Assembly: GCF_006345805.1 (NCBI RefSeq)
Contig: NC_043008.1
Location: forward strand, 77,500,001 to 77,564,000
Reading direction: 5' to 3'
Length of the DNA stretch: 64,000 nt
From: Octopus sinensis
Lineage: Eukaryota
Positions 12,522-23,859 of the stretch are shown here, piece after piece (position 1 is the first letter of the stretch; every line of letters starts with the position of its first letter). The position numbers and the translations under genes were made by a program. The notes under the pieces were generated by a model. The model was not told where the DNA came from. It did not search any database and saw only the letters and a list, made by a program, of their open reading frames with translations.

Positions 12522-12522
<1 letters not shown>
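12162..12522 (-). mobile_element. Non-coding ~0.55-kb TAA-associated element, copy 1 (3' part missing)
   Basis: Homologous to 15556-16184, 36191-36735 and 55764-56242; followed by (TTA)n on the plus strand. Confidence 0.85.
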
Positions 12523-12586
<64 letters not shown>

Positions 12587-12653
12587 CATATTATTATAAT
12601 TATTATTATTATTAAACAAATAAATACAAGAATGTCATATCATGTGAAATTGG

Positions 12654-12696
12654 TTGAACAATATTTCGGCATCTAGCGTGCCTTCCACAGGTTCAA
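12654..12696 (-). ncRNA. Minimal hammerhead-like motif, one core substitution from canonical
   Basis: Minus strand: ttgaac-CTGTGGA-a-ggca(cgctaga)tgcc-GAAATAT-T-gttcaa. It has a 6-bp stem I, a 4-bp stem II and a palindromic AUAU stem III; A6 is replaced by U. Confidence 0.55.
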
Positions 12697-12732
12697 AATT
12701 ACATGTCAGTCTACTTCATTTTTTGTTACGAC

Positions 12733-12853
12733 TATATAGGACCGAGGTACTTCATCCTGAAGTTATACACAAATAAATAGAAATTTCACATGATATGGTA
12801 CTCTTCTATTTATTTGTGTATAACTTCTGGATGAGTTACCTCGGTCCTATATA
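12733..12853. repeat. Imperfect inverted repeat (about 50-bp arms)
   Basis: tatataggaccgaggta..gaagttatacacaaataaatagaa (12733-12782) pairs with ttctatttatttgtgtataacttc..tacctcggtcctatata (12804-12853). Confidence 0.85.
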
Positions 12854-12854
12854 A

Positions 12855-12891
12855 TCTTCTTCTTCTTCTTCTTCTTCTTCTTCTTCTTCTT

Positions 12892-12922
<31 letters not shown>

Positions 12923-12942
12923 TTATTATTATTATTATTATT
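12855..12942. repeat. (TTC)n-(TTA)n compound microsatellite at the 3' end of a Dong copy
   Basis: Directly visible. Confidence 0.95.
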
Positions 12943-15523
12943 CAGTAGTTTTATTTTTATAGCGTGCTTTCACTTCACTACCGAGCGCAGCTCTGTGTGC
13001 CTTGGGTATGTGCTGTGATTTGTTGTGATGCTCTGATGGTTATTGTATGGAAAGTGTTCTGCGTAGGATGTGTGCAGTGCCTAGTAGTGCAATTTTCTGT
13101 ATGTTATATGTGTTTGTAAGTCCTGGTGTTTTTGTTATGTATTTGTCCGAATAATTTTTATCATGCCTAATGCACCTACTATGATAGGAATTGTTTCTGT
13201 TTTCAGGTTCCACATTCTAGTTACCTCTATTTCCAGGTCTTTGTATTTTGAGAGTTTCTCCATTTCTTTTAGAGACACGTTGTCATCTGCCGGTATTGAT
13301 ACATCAATTAGAAAGCATTTGTTTTCTTCATGATCTCTGACAACTATAACTGGTCTGTTGGCCTTAATTTCTCTATCTGTGTGTATCGGCATATCCCAGA
13401 GTATGGTTGCTTTCTCGTTTTCTGTGACCTTTTCTGGTGTGTGCCTATACCATCTTTTTTCTGTTGTTATTCCATGATGTTGGCATAGCTTCCAATGTAT
13501 GTAGGTTCCAACTCTGTCATGTCTGTGAATATATTCCTTCTTAGCCAGGACTGGGCAGCTAGAGATAATATGATTTATTGTTTCTTGTCCATCTCCACAT
13601 ATTCTGCAGTTACTTGTAATATTTCTTTTCATTACATGTTTTTGGTAATTTCTGGTGGGGAGGCTTTGGTCTTGTGCTGCAATTAAAAATCCCTCTGTCT
13701 CTGCTTTGAGTCCTGAGATTCTCAACCATTGCTGGGATTTTTCTTTGTCTATTTCTTTTGCGTTTAGTTTAGTCCAGTATTTACCATGAAGGGGCTTTTC
13801 TTGCCATCGTTTTATCATGGCTCGTTGCTGTTCTATTTTTAGTTTGGATTTCATTTGTTTTATAGCTTTTGTTGTTTCTTCATCATCTTCTTCTTCTTCT
13901 TGTGTTTATTAGGTGGTATGATTTCTTGTTTGTATTTGTCAGCTTCCTTAAATACTGAGAACAGTTTTTTGTTTTGCTCGTGTTTTGCTGCTATCTGGAT
14001 CAGTTTTCCTTCCTTCTGAAGTAGGTATTTTTGCAGTCCTATGGTGGTTATTTTATAGTAGTTTTCCAGCTGTATAAGGCCTCTACCACCTTCTATACGT
14101 TGTATATATAGTCTTTCTATGTCAGATTTTGGGTGATGCATCCTAGATCCTGTCAGTATTTTTCTTGTTTTCCTATCTATTTTGGACAGTTCAGTTCGTG
14201 TCCAGTTAAGGATATTGTAGCTGTAACTTATAACTGGGACAGCTAAAGTGTTGATACCTATTATCTTGTTTTTAGCATTGAGCTCTGTTTTTAGTATTGA
14301 TCTAACTCGTCTATAATATTCTTTTTTTATTTTCTCTTTCATTTGTGTGTGTTGTGTCTTATCTAGTTCATGGATTACTAAGTATTTGTAAGTTTGGCTT
14401 TGGTCTGATTCTTTTATTTCATTGGTTTTATCTAGTGTGATGTTGTTACTCTTAACTAGTTTTCCTCTTTTCATGGTTACTTTGGCGCATTTTTCTAATC
14501 CAAATTTCATATTTATTTCTTTGGTAAATCCATGAACTGTCTTTAATAGTGTTTCCAGCTGTTTGTCATTTGCAGCGTATAGTTTTAGGTCATCCATATA
14601 TAAAAGGTGGCTGATCGTTTTGCCGTAACATTTATATCCGCATCCAGTTCTATTTAGCATATCAGATAGAGGTGACAGTGCCAAGCAGAAAAGGAGTGGA
14701 GAGAGCGTGTCTCCCTGGAATATTCCTCTTCTAATGGGGATGGCTTTGGTTTTCATGAGTCCCTCTTTTGTTTGGAGGTGTAGGACTGTTTGCCATTTAT
14801 TCATAGAGTGCTCTATGAATTTTATGATTGTTGGTGCTACTTGTTAATGGCTAGTGTTTCGAGGATCCATGTGTGGGGGATGCTATCAAACGCCTTTTTG
14901 TAGTCAATCCAGGCCATACTGAGGCCTTTCTTCTTTCTGTGGCTGTCTTCAGTTACGGCTTTATTAATCATTAGTTGATCTTTACAGCCATATGAGCCCT
15001 TGCGGCATCCTTTCTGCTCTTCTGGGAACAGTTTGTTTTCGTCCAGGTGCTTGTTCAGCCTTTGCGATATCACTGCAGTAAATGCCTTGAACATAGTAGG
15101 GAGGCAGGTTATTGGTCTGTAGTTTTCTGGTTTTGTTGTTTCATTTGATTTGGGAATTAAGATGGTTTTCCCCTTCGTGAGCCATTCAGGCATTGTCTCT
15201 GGCTCTGCTAGTATGCTGTTAAAGTTTTCAGCCAGCTTTTTGTGCATTCCTGTTAGATATTTCAACCAGAAGTTGGGGATCTTGTCATGCCCAGGTGCCT
15301 TCCAGTTGCTTAGTCTTTGCAGTGCCTGGGTGACCTCTTCAGTTGTTATGGGGGTCCAAAGTTGTTCAGATGCCGAGTTTGTTATTTTCATACTCCTCTT
15401 TTTTGGCTGTTCGTTCGCCGACCATATTTCTCTCCAGAATTCTTCCAATTCTTCTGCCGTTGGTGCTGCAGTGACTTCTATTTTATTTTTGCCCAGTTCT
15501 TGGTAGAACTTTTGGGGTAGAAC
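12943..15523 (-). mobile_element. R4/Dong-type RLE LINE, young and 5'-truncated (RT, CCHC and REL endonuclease)
   Basis: ORFs 14837-15448, 13860-14804 and 13135-13854 read consecutively: NWKAPGHDKIPNFWLK, NYRPITCL, WIDYKKAFDSIPH, GIFQGDTLSPLLF, LLYMDDLKL, CRICGDGQETINHIISSC, RHD, RP-IVV..LIDVSIP..KE-EK-SKY. (TAA)n lies at both ends. Confidence 0.95.
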
Positions 15524-15555
<32 letters not shown>

Positions 15556-16184
15556 GAGTGAGAGAGCAGTGCATGCCATCAAAGTGACACTGGGGTAAAA
15601 TATATGAAGCCCAGTATAACCATCATGACTACCCGTCTGATAAGGGTACACTTGTGCGCGACATGGTGATCTCATATCAAGATAAACAGCACATGACTTT
15701 GCAGGTGGGGCCCAGTTACAATTTTCTTCTGGTCGAGTAATCCATCCTGCTCAAAAGTTCCCTGAATAAGGGTTATTTAAGGATGTTGAACGAAACACTC
15801 ATGTTCCCAGAGGTGAATTATTCACACCCAAAAGAATCCCTCTCAACACATGGTTATGATGCTCCCCCACTACTTCTGCTCATGATCAGAGATGCATATA
15901 TCGTCAGCCACTAAGGGACATGCTCAACTGGTTAAGGTCAAACAACTGAGAAGCAAATCTGTGATATTGAGCAGAATATTTGCTGTAGCCCATCTTTTAT
16001 ACCAAGACAAAACAATGTACATGATAACACTTCTAATTAGTTAAGATCAGGAGCCATGTGAGCCTCTGCCTGGTACTGTATCAGAGCAAGAGAGCCTCTG
16101 CCTGGTACTGCATGAGGGCATGAGAGCCTCTGCCTGGTACTGCATGAGGGCATGAGAGCCTCTGCCTGGTACTGCATCAGGGCA
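15556..16184 (-). mobile_element. Non-coding ~0.55-kb TAA-associated element, copy 2 (full length, four 5' 32-bp units)
   Basis: The minus strand begins tgccctgatgcagtaccaggcag and ends gcactgctctctcactc + (aat)n. Confidence 0.88.
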
Positions 16185-16210
16185 ATGGAGGTGTTGTTGT
16201 TGTTATTAAG

Positions 16211-16418
16211 ACGGTGAGGTGGCAGAATCGTTAGCGTGCCAGACAAAATGCTTAGCAGCATTTCATCCATCTTTACATTCTGAGTTCAAACTCCAAGGTT
16301 GACTTTGCCTTTCATTCTTCCGGAGTCGATGATTTAAGTAACAGTCGAGGACTGGAGTCAATGTAATAGATTAACCTACTCACCCAAAATGTCAGGCTTT
16401 GTGTCTATAATAGAAAGG
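16211..16418 (+). mobile_element. tRNA-derived SINE family B
   Basis: ggtgaggtggcagaatcgttagc..ctgagttcaaa..gactttgcctttcat; homologous to 31228-31393, 50797-50947 and 61818-62036. Confidence 0.75.
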
Positions 16419-16419
16419 A

Positions 16420-16651
16420 CCTTGGTGGTTTCAAATCTTGGCACAAGGCCAGTAATTTCGGGGAAAGACGATAAGTCGATTTAATCGACCCCAACACTCA
16501 ACTGAATTTTACTGACCCCGAAATGATGTAAGGTAAATTCGATTAGGGCGAAATTTGAACTCAGAACGTTTGAACTCAGAACGTACAGGCAGACGAAATG
16601 CCATTAAGCATTTTACCCGGCTTGCTACTGATTCTGTCAGCTCGCTACCTT
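16420..16651 (-). mobile_element. SINE family B, inverted relative to the adjacent copy
   Basis: The reverse complement reads aggtagcgagctgacagaatc..ttctgagttcaaatt..ggggtcgattaaatcgac. Confidence 0.7.
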
Positions 16652-16756
16652 CCACCAGCTATAGACAAGTCTTATTGAGGACGGTGCTTATCAGAAGTTT
16701 ATGTAAACATCTAGTCTATACTAGACAAATATATATTGCAACTGAAGGAACTAGAG

Positions 16757-17006
16757 CAGTGATTCTCAACCGAGCTCTACATAGCCCTCGGGAGTTCAAA
16801 TAAGATTTTGTTAAAATTTATCTTCAATGAATTTGTTATACAATATACAATATACAAAATATTTTAAATTCTTTTATGCAATTCCTAACAATATTTAATT
16901 ATAAAAATGTAATATGATTTTTTAAGCATCGTATTGGTAGGAGGGTCCATCCGAGTAAAACAGAGATCAAAGGAGATCATATGTAAAACATGGTTGAGAA
17001 ACACTG
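16757..17006. mobile_element. hAT (Charlie-like) MITE
   Basis: 15-bp TIRs cagtgattctcaacc and ggttgagaaacactg (1 mismatch). The 8-bp flanks aactagag and acttagat resemble a degraded nTCTAGAn-type TSD. Confidence 0.7.
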
Positions 17007-17634
17007 ACTTAGATATAATGTTATTACTCTGAGCGATAGAGAACTTGTACTACACAGAGAGTTAACTAAATAAAATTTTTCATTGCTCTTAGATTCCTTA
17101 AATGTTTCCTGAATTCTTGACTTTGGTTATGCAAACCACAATATATTTATTTCCAGAAAAAAATATTGTTTCACTCAAACAATAGAGCACAGTTCGTGTC
17201 GAGAGAGACTCTTCTTCGGAGAGAAAAGAAACGTCACCTCATGACTTGCAAATACATTCTACTATTTTTCATGTGATTAGGGAGAGTCATTATTTTTATT
17301 AACTGTATTACTTTCTCCCGATGCTGAACAGTATTCATTTTCTACGATTCTACAATTTTACTACAGAATATATTTAAATTTCTATGTCCTTCCACCTTTC
17401 CTTAGACGGAATTCAGACATCTATGATTTCACAGGATTAGTAATTAAATAATTGCATAGTAAGACTCAAGGTTGTTTCAGCATCGTTTTTATTTCCCCAT
17501 TAGCACTTTAAGCATAATCTTCAGCACGCTATGCATAAATCATACCCTCGGGTCGATTGTTTCTTATAAATTTCACGCGCAACTTTTCTTATTAAGCATC
17601 ATCACAAAGGGGCGTACGCACGTAATACACATGT

Positions 17635-17835
17635 ATGTATGTATGTATGTATGTATGTATGTATGTATGTATGTATGTATGTATGTATGTACGTATGTAT
17701 GTATGTATGTATGTATGTATGTATGTATGTATGTATGTATGTACATATGTATGTATGCGTGTATTAACAAAAGAGGATGCATTGAGCAAAACGATTTATT
17801 GCATACGATTTATTGCCCGGGATTAAAATGGTATC

Positions 17836-17889
<54 letters not shown>

Positions 17890-17924
17890 ATGTATTAATG
17901 TATGTATGTATGTATGTATGTATG

Positions 17925-17956
<32 letters not shown>

Positions 17957-17970
17957 TGTATGTATGTATG
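17635..17970. repeat. (TATG)n and (TA)n microsatellite cluster
   Basis: Directly visible; it explains the YVCM/IHTY ORFs. Confidence 0.95.
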
Positions 17971-18839
17971 TATTACAGTTATGTTGAAACAGATGATACC
18001 GGAAAATGCAGCATTGGCGACAAAACATTTGTGGAGTAAATGATGGTCCAATTCGACCAAGTGACATGTAATACGTCAGTATGGAGGATTCCATGACCTA
18101 ACCTATCATGAAAAATTGGGAGTAGTGAGGTATGTAATTTTTGAACCCACCGAAAAGCTGTCAGTGGATATACTCGTCTTTGAGGCGGTCAGCGCTGCGC
18201 CTAACACGACCCGTCGTATGGCTGACAGTCAAATGAATGGAGGTAGAATGGAGATACTGTACGTAAATGGATACATTCCGGAAATGGGCTGCAATGGGGG
18301 GGGGCGGCAACGGGGAAGTGAACTGTTGAAATGTTGCAGAAGGCAAAGGGTTGGCATTGGATTGCTGGTGTGGCTGTAGAATGAGAAACATAAAGTGAGC
18401 CTATGCAATCACATGAGAATATGCAGCAATGAATTACTTGAAAAAATAAGGCATAATGGCTTACCGCGTGATATGTATATAGTCTGTGTTTTTGCATGCA
18501 GTGTAAATCAACGAAATATAAGCAAATGAACGAAATAGAAGTACATGCATGGAACTGCTAATTTAACGGTAAATGCCACGATAATTATTACAGAGAAACA
18601 AGGAATTATATAAATATATATATATATATGCATAGGATATATTTCTTAATGTAAGGTTAAATAGGTAATTGTAAATACTTTGCAACGTTGCAACTACTGG
18701 GATAATTATTAACTGGTAATGGAACAGTAAATGTGTATTTTTATATATACCTTTGACGCTGCCACATCATTGTTTTTTTTTCAAGAGTTTGACCCATAGA
18801 ACTCACATACATACATTCAGGCATGTCAGTCGTCACATA

Positions 18840-20459
18840 TGTACATGCATGTGTATGTTTAATAACGTACGTAACGCGGAAACACACACATTCACAGACA
18901 CATACACACTCATACACTCACAGACAGTTATACAATGATATAAAAAATGTGACGTCGTCGTCGTCGTTGTGGTATAAAATGTTCCTGACAAACTCTCACA
19001 TAAATATACTAAGATAGCCACACAGAGACATACATCCCCGAATGTCAGCCGTTGCATATGCATATGTATGTGTAGATGTGTGCATGTTTAATAACGTTCC
19101 TAACGCGGAAAGACACGCACTATGAGACATATACACACCCATACACTTACACACATACACTCACAGACAGATACATAATCATATACAAAATATGATCTCG
19201 TTATCGTTGTGGTATTAAAATGTCCTGTTGACAATAGAAAGATTATCTCTATAAAATGTTATATTGTTTTATCGAAATGAAAATAGAATTTCGTATTGAC
19301 CCTGGCCAGCCCTCATATAAGATAGACACACACACGCAGACATACATTCATGCATGCCAGTCGCTACATATGTATATGTGTGTATGTTTAATAATGTACC
19401 GTTATATATGTATATGTATGTTTAGATGTGTCTATATTTAATACCTTACCTAACGCGGGAAGACACACACACGAAGATATATACACACTCATACACTTAT
19501 ACACATTATACACATACACTCATAGATGATACATACTTATATACAAAATATGACGTCGTTTCATTGAGGTATAAAATATCCTGTTGATAACAGAAAGATT
19601 ATCTCTATGAAATGCTATATTTTTTTAATCGAAATGAAAATAATGGAAAGGAAAATAAAATTTCGTATTGACACTGACCAGTCCTCGCATACATATAGTA
19701 TATTTAATAACGTGCCTAATACGGAAAGACACACATGCTGTGAGACATATACACATCCATACACTCACAAACAGGTACACAGTCATATACAAAATGTGAC
19801 GTCTTCGTCGTCAGTCGTCACATATGTACAAGTGTGTGTTTAATAATGTACGTTACATATGTATATGTATGTGTAGATGTGTATACTTAATAACGTACCT
19901 AGTGCGGAAAGATACACTCTATAAGACATATACAGATACATACACTCACAGTCATATACAAAATGTGATGTCGTTGTCGTCGTGGTATAAAATGTCCTGT
20001 TGACAATAGAAAGATTGCAGCATGGAAGATGCTTGTAAGCCATTCAAGAACACACAAAAACTGTTAGTTTTACTTCAACATTTAAATTTCATTTGTACCA
20101 AAATACTTTCGTTGCTTCGCAATCGCGACCTTTTCACTGACAAAACTTCGTGCTGCATCTGAGTAAGTAAGTTAGTTCATGATATATATGTCTTTATGCA
20201 TGTATGTATGTATGTATGTATGTATGTATGTATGTATGTATGTATGTATGTATGTATGTATGTATGTATGCATCTTTGTATGTACGCATGTATGTATATA
20301 TTTATGCATGTATGTATATATGTATGTATGCACGTATGTAAGAGTGTAGACGTATCTGTGTGTGTATATGTGTATATCCATGTAAATGCATATTTATGTA
20401 CTGGTATGTGTGTCTGTTCAAGTATAATATATATATATAACTGTTAGCCCGTCGAAGGT

Positions 20460-20535
<76 letters not shown>

Positions 20536-21010
20536 AATATATATATGTATGTGTGTGTGTGTGTGGTGTGTGTGTGTGTGTGTGTGTTCCGAGCACACAA
20601 TCTCAGATCAAATCTCCGTAAACAGAAAGATTATCTATGAAATGCTATATTGTTTTAATCGAAATGAAAATAAAATTTTATATTGACACTCATTAGCCCT
20701 CACATACATATAGTATTTTAATATCGTACTTAATTCGGAAAGACACACACGCACTGTGAGACATATACACATTCATACACTAACACATATACATCCACAG
20801 ACAGATACACAATCTTATATAAAATGTGACATGGTCATCGTCGCCGTAGTTAGATTTAAAAGAATATGTATAAAAGTGAAACATATAGTATGTTCAATAA
20901 CGTACCTAAAGCGGAAAGACATACACTGTGAGACATATACACACTCATACACTCACATATATACATTCACAGACAGATAAACAGCCATATATAAAATCTG
21001 ACGTCATCGA
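18840..21010. repeat. Degenerate complex tandem repeat (about 7 units of roughly 180-350 bp) interrupted by microsatellites
   Basis: An anchor resembling aataacgtacctaacgcggaaagacac recurs at about 18861, 19090, 19440, 19706, 19889, 20720 and 20896, each followed by a catacac..atacaaaatgtgacgtc block. Confidence 0.8.
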
Positions 21011-21657
21011 TGCCATGGTCGTGGATAGAATGAAAAGTAAAAGTATAAAAGTGAAACAATGTATCATTACAATATAGACGTTATTCTTTCACTTTTATTA
21101 TTCGAGTTTTGACTCGTAATACGGAAACAGTGCCAATGTTGCATCGTTTTAATCGAAAAAGTTACATCTTGACACGGGGTCTCATAGTATTACCTTTTAA
21201 AATTTGATTTGATTTGGCTGAGCCGTTTGAGAATGCATTGGGAACAGACAGAAATACAAAGGTTATATATATATATATATATATATTACTACAATCGTTT
21301 AATTGCCACTTTATTTTTTATACATGTTTTTGGCTTATTTCTTCAATGGATTTACCATGGTTGTGAACGTATTAGACAGATAGATTAGGTAGTAGTCGGG
21401 TTGTAAATCAGTTCGAGGTCGAGGACATCAATGAATTAGCTCTGAGTAGAGAAAGCGGTATCAGATTCAACTTTTGCGGCCTAGTGACCTTATGACCCGA
21501 GGGAAGACATCTGATATTAAATGAAACAAAAAGATAAATTAAATTACGTTTCATCTGTTCATGTATTTATTTGTCTAGCTATTTGCTTATCTTCCTCCTA
21601 TTTTTTGTTCTCTTCATCCTGCCCATTGCTTGACCGCTTGAGTTGAATTTGTGGTAC

Positions 21658-21716
<59 letters not shown>

Positions 21717-21908
21717 GTTGTTGTTGTTGGTGTTGTTGTTGTTGTTATTATTATTTGTTTGTTTTAGTTGTGATATGCTAATGAAATGATTTTAATAACA
21801 TCAACATGTGTATATATTCTGTGGAATATGGTATAATTTAGGAAACCGTTTGTACATATATCTGAAGAATCGGCACTTACCACCAATAAAGCTGAAATAA
21901 TACTGATA

Positions 21909-21957
<49 letters not shown>

Positions 21958-22050
21958 TATATACATATATACATATATATACATACATAAAACATACATG
22001 TATATACATACATACATATATATACATACATACATACATACATACATACA

Positions 22051-22137
<87 letters not shown>

Positions 22138-22864
22138 TGCATGTATATTTAAGTTTATCTCAACTTATTTTCTATAGAATTTAGAGTCAGAACTGAAATT
22201 TACGACGCTTCGTATACGAAATTATTTACGCAAACAAACGATCGAAGATAGAAGAATAGGTAACAGGCAAATGTATATATTTCAAGAGTTATTGTTACTT
22301 CTTTAGCATCATATTCAACTCATTAACTATTAACGGATACGTTGCTTAAGTACGAAATACGGTGTCCCTACCGGTAATTAATAAGTACATATCAGTTGCT
22401 AGGAATATGCTTAACATGAAAAATTGGTCTATTCAATAGTGTTACACCGCTAAACTAAGTGGTTATTAAAGCAAATATTTCTAAAGCAAACCATATTAAA
22501 GTAGTTTTCCCTCAGAAAACCTGTCTACGGGCATCGGTGAAAACTGGTCGTATGAATGAAGAAACATCTGGAAATCCGCGAATATCCGTATATATCGAAC
22601 TATTAACAAAAGAGAATGGAATGAGCAACACGCTTTATTGCATAACATTACAATTCCATCGTCACTTTAGAAGAAGATAATTTTTGAATGAAACATAAGT
22701 ATGTATGAAATAAGATAGTGTATCAGTAGTATTTCAGCAATATTTATAAGTGCCGAGTCTTCAGGTATAAGCACAAATGTTTGCATAATTAAACCATATT
22801 CCATAATACACTTGGTAATATATTATGGTTGCAAAACGAAATACAGTATTCCTACCAGCAATTA

Positions 22865-22924
<60 letters not shown>

Positions 22925-23522
22925 GCACACATAACCCTTTCCTGCCTTCAGTTTGTGGAGGTTTCCGCCAACATATGCTTAACAGTTTGCTTTCTTAAAA
23001 TTGAATCACTATGCAACTCTCTTAACACACGAGGTAACGTATGATCCCTGTAACTGTAATCTAAATCAGTGGTGTTTTCTTTTTTCAGTGTTTACAATAA
23101 AATTATTTGGCCTGTTCAGCATTATGAGATGCTTTCTGCCCAAGAATTAACTCTACCCGCGTTAGTAATTCAGTAACCCTATCAAATATAATGGCTACTA
23201 GAATCTCCAGTGATGATTTTGAAACTTGATGAGTTTACAAGTGGTATAAAAAAGCCAGAAAATAACTACAAGTGGTTTGTATATCATAATACAAAGACTT
23301 TAGCCAATTTTATCTGCATACCAATATTGTTCGTTCTTCTTCAGTGTATTGACATAATGGAATTTGTTTATAAGAGATTGTGTAGTTTCGTATTTCTTCT
23401 GGGTTTCTACTGGGATTCTGTTCTAAGTAAACACCACACCAACTGGTCCGAAAATAGCTTCCAACATTAACTTAGGGTTAACATACGTGAAAACATACAT
23501 ACAGGCATGCATACATACATAC

Positions 23523-23587
<65 letters not shown>

Positions 23588-23599
23588 TATATATATGCC

Positions 23600-23713
23600 T
23601 AATAGTGGTTTTATCTCTAATTTAATATAATATATATTTTACTATAAAATTGGATTTAATCATAAATCTGATTTTTCCCTGTAAGTTTGGATTTATTCCC
23701 TAATATTTTATTA
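23600..23713 (-). repeat. Partial second copy of the terminal part of the 6343-6743 element
   Basis: aatagtggtttt-tctctaat..ctataaaattggatttaatc..atttattccct is the reverse complement of about 6345-6455; also embedded in (TA)n. Confidence 0.8.
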
Positions 23714-23806
23714 TATATATATGTGTGTGTGAGTGTGTGTATGTGTGTGTGTGTGTGTGTGTGAATGGCGGTGCCCCAGCATGGCCACAGATCGTGAACT
23801 GAAATG

Positions 23807-23859
<53 letters not shown>

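Noticed and set aside
16060-16184. CRISPR-like array of 32-bp repeats
   Set aside because: The units are contiguous with no spacers, the context is eukaryotic and there are no cas genes.
22500-23470. Possible host exons (acceptor-like sites at about 22512, 22952 and 23088; ORFs 22459-22680 and 23210-23470)
   Set aside because: No recognisable protein similarity or consistent frame; such splice-like motifs are common by chance in AT-rich DNA.
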